In this document: piece by piece, positions 58,999 to 64,000 of the stretch
How positions within the stretch are numbered: the stretch's first letter is position 1
How the letters are laid out: every line of letters starts with the position of its first letter
Virus record (IMG/VR): IMGVR_UViG_2936514734_000001
Span: 96,001 to 160,000 of that record
Source of the DNA: a virus
Lineage: Duplodnaviria > Caudoviricetes
Strand: one strand, 5' to 3'
DNA: 64,000 nt
Position numbers and translations under genes: made by a program
The notes under the pieces: generated by a model
Told to the model about the DNA's origin: nothing
Databases searched by the model: none
Seen by the model: only the letters and a program-made list of their open reading frames with translations

Positions 58999-61482
58999 TT
59001 ATGCTATTTTGTTAAAGTTACCTAAACGCATAGTTACTACATGTCCAACTTGTGCTTGAGAGAAGTTTACTACTTCTAGGATTGTTGCTTCATGTTGTTT
59101 GCCGTCCAACAATACAGCTTCAGTCATAGACGCTAGCCCTTGCGCTACAATCTGACCTTCCTTACCTAGAATTGAAACTACTTTACTAGTAATAGGGCCA
59201 CCGTTCATTTGTAATTCACTTACTACTTGAACCCGTTTGCCGACGGATTTTTGCCAAGAGACAGGAGGGAATCCTGTTGTGAATTGAATAACGGTTTCTG
59301 TTTCAGATAGATTGCCTGATCCATCTTGAATGTTACCTACTACTTGTGTTGTTTGCTTCTCTTCTGTTTGAGCATGAATACCTGTTTCTTTTAAAGTCTG
59401 AGTAATCACACCAGAAATTGCACCTTGTGCTTGATCTAAGACATTTTGACGATCCTGTGGTGTTAAAGCCGTTTGGTTACGAATTTCTTGTACAGCTCCA
59501 CCCGGATCTTTTGATTGAGATGTTACTAATTCTTGATAACCTTGAGCATAATTTGCTTGCGGATTTGGTTCTAGCAATTGTTTAGCTTGTTCTGGATTAT
59601 AATCTTTGTTTAATACTTGCTCCGCTGAAACAGTTTGTTCAGCTGCTGGTTGTGTTGCTTCTTGTGTATTTACAGATTGAACTTCTTCTGTAGTTTGAAC
59701 CAGTTGAGAAGCAGCTTTAGCTTCTTCTTGTTTTTGTGCAAGTTCGCGTTGTCTGAACGCAAATGCATCTTCAGTGATTGGTGCAAAGCTAGTTACATCT
59801 AACACTTCATCTTTATTTTCATACGGGAATGCATCTACTTCGATTAAGTAATCAAACTTAACAACTAATTTCTTACGTTGCGTTGATTCATCAGTTACTA
59901 AATCAACATCTGTTAAACGGGCAACCCATTTAGAGTTACGCATTTGTTGTTTGGATAAGATATTTTCTGTAGTAGCCATTTCAAACACGTCATACATTAA
60001 CGCAATACGGTTTGTGTTGTCTGATGTATTATGATAGAATCCCAAACTTAATGACTGTCCAACCATAGCTTTAGCAGCTTCTAAACTAAACATTGCCTCT
60101 GCTTTAGGGTGAAGTACTAACTCTAGTTTATCAGTTACAGGGAAGTCAGCTGGAACTTCACCTTGTGCTTGTAATTGAACTGCTGGTTTAGCAGGTTGTT
60201 CTTGAGTAACTGGCGGCGCCTGCACAGTTTCCCCGATCACTTCTGCATCTAATTTAAATTGAATAAATGTATTACCATTTGCTTCTTTAATTGTATAATC
60301 TAGAATTTTAGCAGAGTAGTTGTTTGGTTTTAATGGTGATTTTTCATCAATACCAATAACTACTGTTCCGTTAGCGTTCTTAGTAAAGAAACGAGCTGTA
60401 CCATTAGCACATGTAATTCCATAAGGTTGTTGTACAACTACGTCTTTTTGATTTTTAAAGATGTCTACAAAGTTAGGGTGAATTAAGAAGCTAGTAACTA
60501 AGAAAGGTTTTTCTTCAGTTGTTGCTTCTTCTTGAACAGGTTGGACTTCTGATTGAGTAGTAACCTCTTCATCCTTTTGTTCAGTAACTGTTGTTTCTTT
60601 AGCTGATTCCTCTTCTTTTTCCTTAGCATGTTCTGGAACCTCTCCTTTTTCAAGAAGGTTTCTCACGTTCTTAACAATCCAATGATCGTCATCTAGTAAT
60701 TGAAGATTTTTATAAGTCACATCTGTGTAACGTGCACGAGATTTCTTAGTGATTTCACTAAATGACACAACTTGTACAGAGATAAATCCATTATTCTTTA
60801 AGTGGTCTTGTACATGTTGTGGGAATTGTTCTAACTTAATTGTTTTTGCAATAGCAACTACTTCATCATCTAAGCAAAGAACTAATGTGAATGAACGTTT
60901 TTCACGGAACATTACACCGCCACGTTCAATGATAGTATCTAAATGTTTATCATTTGTTGGTGAAATAAGTCCAAAAGTTTCTACATACTCCGTTTCATCT
61001 ATAGGTTGTGTCTCTGCAGATACTTCAGCTTTTACTTCTTGCTTAACTTCAGCAACAGGTGCTTCTGCAACTACAGGAGCTGGTTGAGTTTCAACTTTAA
61101 CTTCCTCTACTTCTAGGCTCATTTCTTCTTGAAGTTCTTGCGCTGGTTCTGTTTGCTTTTCTACTACAACAGACTCAGTTGCAACTTCCTCTTGCTTAGC
61201 TTCTTCATTTGTTGTTTCCTGAACAGCTGGTGTTTCAACTACCTCAGAAGTAGTTTCTTCAATACTTACAGGTTCTTGGATTTCTTTCGTAGCAGATGGG
61301 ACAATATCGTCGATTGCGCGTTCAATATTAAAATCCGGTGCTTCCACATTTGCTACTTCTACGCCTTCAACAGCGAATACTTCTAAGTATTTATGAATAG
61401 CAGAGATAATCCCTTGCTTAACCTCAGTATCTTCTTCAAAATTTACACGTTTTAATAGTTTATCAAATTGTTCTACTTTCAT
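58999..61482 (-). CDS. Large acidic, low-complexity hypothetical protein (start MKVEQ at 61482)
   Basis: AGGAGAG RBS before 61482; E/Q/T/P-rich linkers between globular segments. Confidence 0.75.
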   Translation of the reverse strand: MKVEQFDKLLKRVNFEEDTEVKQGIISAIHKYLEVFAVEGVEVANVEAPDFNIERAIDDIVPSATKEIQEPVSIEETTSEVVETPAVQETTNEEAKQEEVATESVVVEKQTEPAQELQEEMSLEVEEVKVETQPAPVVAEAPVAEVKQEVKAEVSAETQPIDETEYVETFGLISPTNDKHLDTIIERGGVMFREKRSFTLVLCLDDEVVAIAKTIKLEQFPQHVQDHLKNNGFISVQVVSFSEITKKSRARYTDVTYKNLQLLDDDHWIVKNVRNLLEKGEVPEHAKEKEEESAKETTVTEQKDEEVTTQSEVQPVQEEATTEEKPFLVTSFLIHPNFVDIFKNQKDVVVQQPYGITCANGTARFFTKNANGTVVIGIDEKSPLKPNNYSAKILDYTIKEANGNTFIQFKLDAEVIGETVQAPPVTQEQPAKPAVQLQAQGEVPADFPVTDKLELVLHPKAEAMFSLEAAKAMVGQSLSLGFYHNTSDNTNRIALMYDVFEMATTENILSKQQMRNSKWVARLTDVDLVTDESTQRKKLVVKFDYLIEVDAFPYENKDEVLDVTSFAPITEDAFAFRQRELAQKQEEAKAASQLVQTTEEVQSVNTQEATQPAAEQTVSAEQVLNKDYNPEQAKQLLEPNPQANYAQGYQELVTSQSKDPGGAVQEIRNQTALTPQDRQNVLDQAQGAISGVITQTLKETGIHAQTEEKQTTQVVGNIQDGSGNLSETETVIQFTTGFPPVSWQKSVGKRVQVVSELQMNGGPITSKVVSILGKEGQIVAQGLASMTEAVLLDGKQHEATILEVVNFSQAQVGHVVTMRLGNFNKIA

Positions 61483-61567
61483 TATTATTCTCTCCTTTGC
61501 AAATGCTTGTATTGTATTTTCAATTTCAACTAATGTACTCAAACGACTTACTCCTCTCAGTCTTTTG

Positions 61568-61847
61568 AGCAACCTTCTAGGCAAGGCTGGGTTAGGGCGT
61601 CACACCTAACCCATTCTCCTTTGCCTTTAAAACAGAAAAGGATGATATCTGTATGTCCAGAACAGAAAAGGAGGGTAGTCAGCCCTCCCTAGAAGGTTGC
61701 TAATGCTTTTGTTTTAACAGTCCTCTAGGCAAGGAAAGATGTTTCATCACGACATCTTTGTAATCCTCACCCAATCTAAAATCTGGAGGTAAAGTAAAAT
61801 AATTTACGAAAAGCTGGAGGATAGTCACCCCTCCCTAGAAGACTGTT
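61568..61847 (-). ncRNA. Two tandem ~133-nt structured RNA elements
   Basis: Shared CTAGGGAGGG-NTGACTA-NCCTCC and CCTTGCCTAG, each closed by a 14-bp stem. Confidence 0.6.
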
Positions 61848-61863
61848 TTAAATGACTGAAAGT

Positions 61864-61892
61864 AACGTAAGCAGTTTGTATAAAAAAATCAA
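61864..61892 (-). promoter_or_regulatory. SigA-like promoter
   Basis: TTGATT-17-TACGTT just upstream of tandem RNA elements. Confidence 0.5.
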
Positions 61893-61985
61893 TGCTTGGG
61901 CTATTTAATTTACTTAATTTCGGCAAAAAATTTAGGCAAAAGAAAAAGCCCTTCGGCAAAAGGACTCTTTCGTTTAACTAAATTC

Positions 61986-62012
61986 AAAAAGGATAGGGGC
62001 GTTAGCCCCTAT
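61986..62012 (-). terminator. Intrinsic terminator with cUAACg loop
   Basis: ATAGGGG-CTAACG-CCCCTAT followed by U tract. Confidence 0.75.
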
Positions 62013-62824
62013 TATTTGATTGGCAACAATGTTGCTCTTGAAGAATGCGTAAGTGCATTAAAGTTAGTGTAGTGATGATACAATCTTCTCTCCGCTAGGA
62101 TTTGATTCAAATAACCCATCGTAATCAAAGCGGCCATCTCATTTGATTGCATTCTTTGTGGTTGAGATACTACATTTTGTCCACAACTTTGAGAAGGTAA
62201 AAGACTCTCTTCATCTTCTAAAATATCAGGATATACACTAGCTACCGGTGGCAGAATTGTATCGTTATGATGAATTCCACATACACAATGACCTGCATAG
62301 CCTGAACGTCTTTTGTCTTCATCGGTTCCTTCTTGCAAGATACCATCTACTCCACAATCAATATAAATAAGATTTTGGTCTTGTTCGAAATATTTATGCA
62401 TAATCTTTCTTGAAGCGTGATTATCCACCGCTCCAATAAGAACCCTAAATAACAAACGTGATTCTTCTAAAACAAATGTTTCTTGATTAGATTGAAAGCA
62501 TTTTGCTAATTCTTCTTCAGACTCTACATATTCTTCTCGATAGAAGATAGGAAACTGATAGGACTTGCCGTAACGTTCCGCTAATATTTTAGCCTTGTTC
62601 TTATTTAAGTCCCTTGGTAGAAAAGGTTGACGCTGTAGATTCTTTTCTTCAACATGATCTAAATCGACAATCGTGTAAGAAAATGTAGTATGAGAAGAAT
62701 TGCTAGATAAAGAGGATAATAACTTAGCTAAACGCTGAGTTATGTACCCACCATTCCCTCCCGCACCAACCTGTACAATATCAAAGTGAATTGTTTTTTC
62801 AGGGAAAAAGTCTAGTGCTTTCAT
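62012..62824 (-). CDS. ThiF/E1-like adenylyltransferase (PRTRC-type)
   Basis: VGAGGNGG, DLDHVEEKNLQRQ, NKA, GAVDN, SCG. Confidence 0.88.
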   Translation of the reverse strand: MKALDFFPEKTIHFDIVQVGAGGNGGYITQRLAKLLSSLSSNSSHTTFSYTIVDLDHVEEKNLQRQPFLPRDLNKNKAKILAERYGKSYQFPIFYREEYVESEEELAKCFQSNQETFVLEESRLLFRVLIGAVDNHASRKIMHKYFEQDQNLIYIDCGVDGILQEGTDEDKRRSGYAGHCVCGIHHNDTILPPVASVYPDILEDEESLLPSQSCGQNVVSQPQRMQSNEMAALITMGYLNQILAERRLYHHYTNFNALTHSSRATLLPIK

Positions 62825-62828
62825 CTAA

Positions 62829-63395
62829 TCACCCTTTCTTTGCGCCTGAGACAACAGGAACAACAAGCTTTTTCTCTTCATCTACTTCCATACGACAACG
62901 TTCCTTTGAGAGTTCAGGGTAATCTAATTCCAGCCATTGTCTTAATGCATCTAATGTCATATCGTCCTCTGGTGGATTATGTTGTTGAGCAGCATAAGCA
63001 ACAGTCCATGTTTTATCTACCTTCATATCTTCTTTCTTTTTAACCTGATTCTTAATAGCTTTCGATACAGCGGAATTTTTCTTAGGCTTAGCTTTACTCT
63101 CCTTTTTAACAGGAACTACAGGTGGTTCTTCTTTTTCCTCTTCCTTTTTAACTTCTACCACAGGTGGTTCTTCTTTTTTCTCCTGTGCTTGAGGTTGTGC
63201 AAATGGATTGTCCGTTGTATTTGCGTTTAAATTAGCAAATGGATCAGCGGCAGGCATATTAAATAAATCCGCCCCTGCAGGTTGTTGAAACACGTTATCA
63301 AACCCTTTTGCTTCATTATTTTCTAAGAATGTATTAGCTGTTAAATCTACACTTCCAAATAAATCGTTTGTTTTATTGTTATTATTTTCGCTCAT
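62829..63395 (-). CDS. Prokaryotic ubiquitin-like protein (PRTRC protein C-like) with long disordered N-terminus
   Basis: MTLDALRQWLELDYPEL, C-terminal GAKKG; lies between E2-like and E1. Confidence 0.65.
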   Translation of the reverse strand: MSENNNNKTNDLFGSVDLTANTFLENNEAKGFDNVFQQPAGADLFNMPAADPFANLNANTTDNPFAQPQAQEKKEEPPVVEVKKEEEKEEPPVVPVKKESKAKPKKNSAVSKAIKNQVKKKEDMKVDKTWTVAYAAQQHNPPEDDMTLDALRQWLELDYPELSKERCRMEVDEEKKLVVPVVSGAKKG

Positions 63396-63424
63396 ATGTT
63401 TAACCTCTTTCTATTATTGTTATA

Positions 63425-64000
63425 TTAAGCTTCTGGATAATATTTTCTAACAAATTGTTTTACGATATCCTGTACTGACCAATTAGTTTCTACGAGTTTG
63501 TCATAATCAAAAACAGATTCATTTTGTAATTTCATAAATACATGTCTTAATGAAGTATTCCAGTTGTTCGTTGTCGCTTCAGAATAATAGTGATCTGTAA
63601 ACGAAGCGGACATCCAGTTATGAATAAACGATGACATCTGCGCTAAGTCTTGTACTTCAGACATAAAGAAGAAACACATGTCGCCATCAGATTGAACATG
63701 CGAAAATGGGAACCTATAAAGTTTTGTTGTGTCCCGTAAAACTTTATCCTTAAAACAGAAACATCTTTTTCTCTCTAGTACATACTTACCTTCTGAAGGC
63801 TTAAATACAAAAATGAATAATAAGTTCGGAAAAAGAACATTATCAAATTTTGTTTCATGATATTTGATATTGTGATTTTTCTGTTTCATCTCCATAAATA
63901 AAACAACCTTATCGTCTGGTAGTGTTAAATACTTCACAGTACCTGGTGGTAAAGCAGGTGTTTCAAATACAGGCATTTCATATTTCTTTCTAGTGGTTTT
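63425..64000 (-). CDS. Prokaryotic E2 family D-like protein (PRTRC protein B-like), possibly 5'-partial
   Basis: PNLLF, LYRFPFSHVQSDGDMC; frame open to window end. Confidence 0.7.
   Translation of the reverse strand, partial: KTTRKKYEMPVFETPALPPGTVKYLTLPDDKVVLFMEMKQKNHNIKYHETKFDNVLFPNLLFIFVFKPSEGKYVLERKRCFCFKDKVLRDTTKLYRFPFSHVQSDGDMCFFFMSEVQDLAQMSSFIHNWMSASFTDHYYSEATTNNWNTSLRHVFMKLQNESVFDYDKLVETNWSVQDIVKQFVRKYYPEA

Noticed and set aside
61483-61584. N-terminal extension of the 861-aa ORF
   Set aside because: Better RBS at ATG 61482; the extension overlaps the structured RNA
1-64000. Frequent AGCGG (B. subtilis Chi)
   Set aside because: By eye it occurs at similar frequency on both strands; no count was run, so enrichment is unsupported

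Overview
64 kb of an AT-rich, large Bacillus-type phage (or phage-like replicon) genome, mostly transcribed on the minus strand, with no structural genes in this window. Replication and recombination: AEP primase, DnaB-like helicase, PcrA, SNF2, RecA, Sak, SSB, RuvC, three PD-(D/E)XK nucleases. Nucleotide metabolism: dNK, TK, TMK, dUTPase, ThyA. Lysis and cell surface: two LysM amidases, two holin-like genes, PGA hydrolase, 3D protein. Probable anti-defence genes: a NARP1-like PRS+NAMPT pair whose NAMPT is split by a group I intron carrying a homing endonuclease, an Apyc1-like MBL hydrolase and a SpoT/Mesh1-like HD hydrolase. It also holds a sigma factor, a two-component system, a PRTRC-like E1/Ubl/E2 set and an array of about 15 tRNAs. 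Best candidates for undescribed systems: (1) a tight operon of multi-TM receptor-like protein, unannotated secreted 51-aa peptide ending SSLSWWWH and stand-alone LytTR regulator, a possible non-arbitrium phage peptide-signalling system; (2) a coiled-coil protein followed by a ~327-nt closed structured RNA with 7-nt periodic TAAAG repeats; (3) permuted, armless and expanded tRNA-like RNAs inside the tRNA array; (4) tandem structured RNAs and RBS-occluding hairpins. All family calls come from motif recognition by eye; no searches were run.
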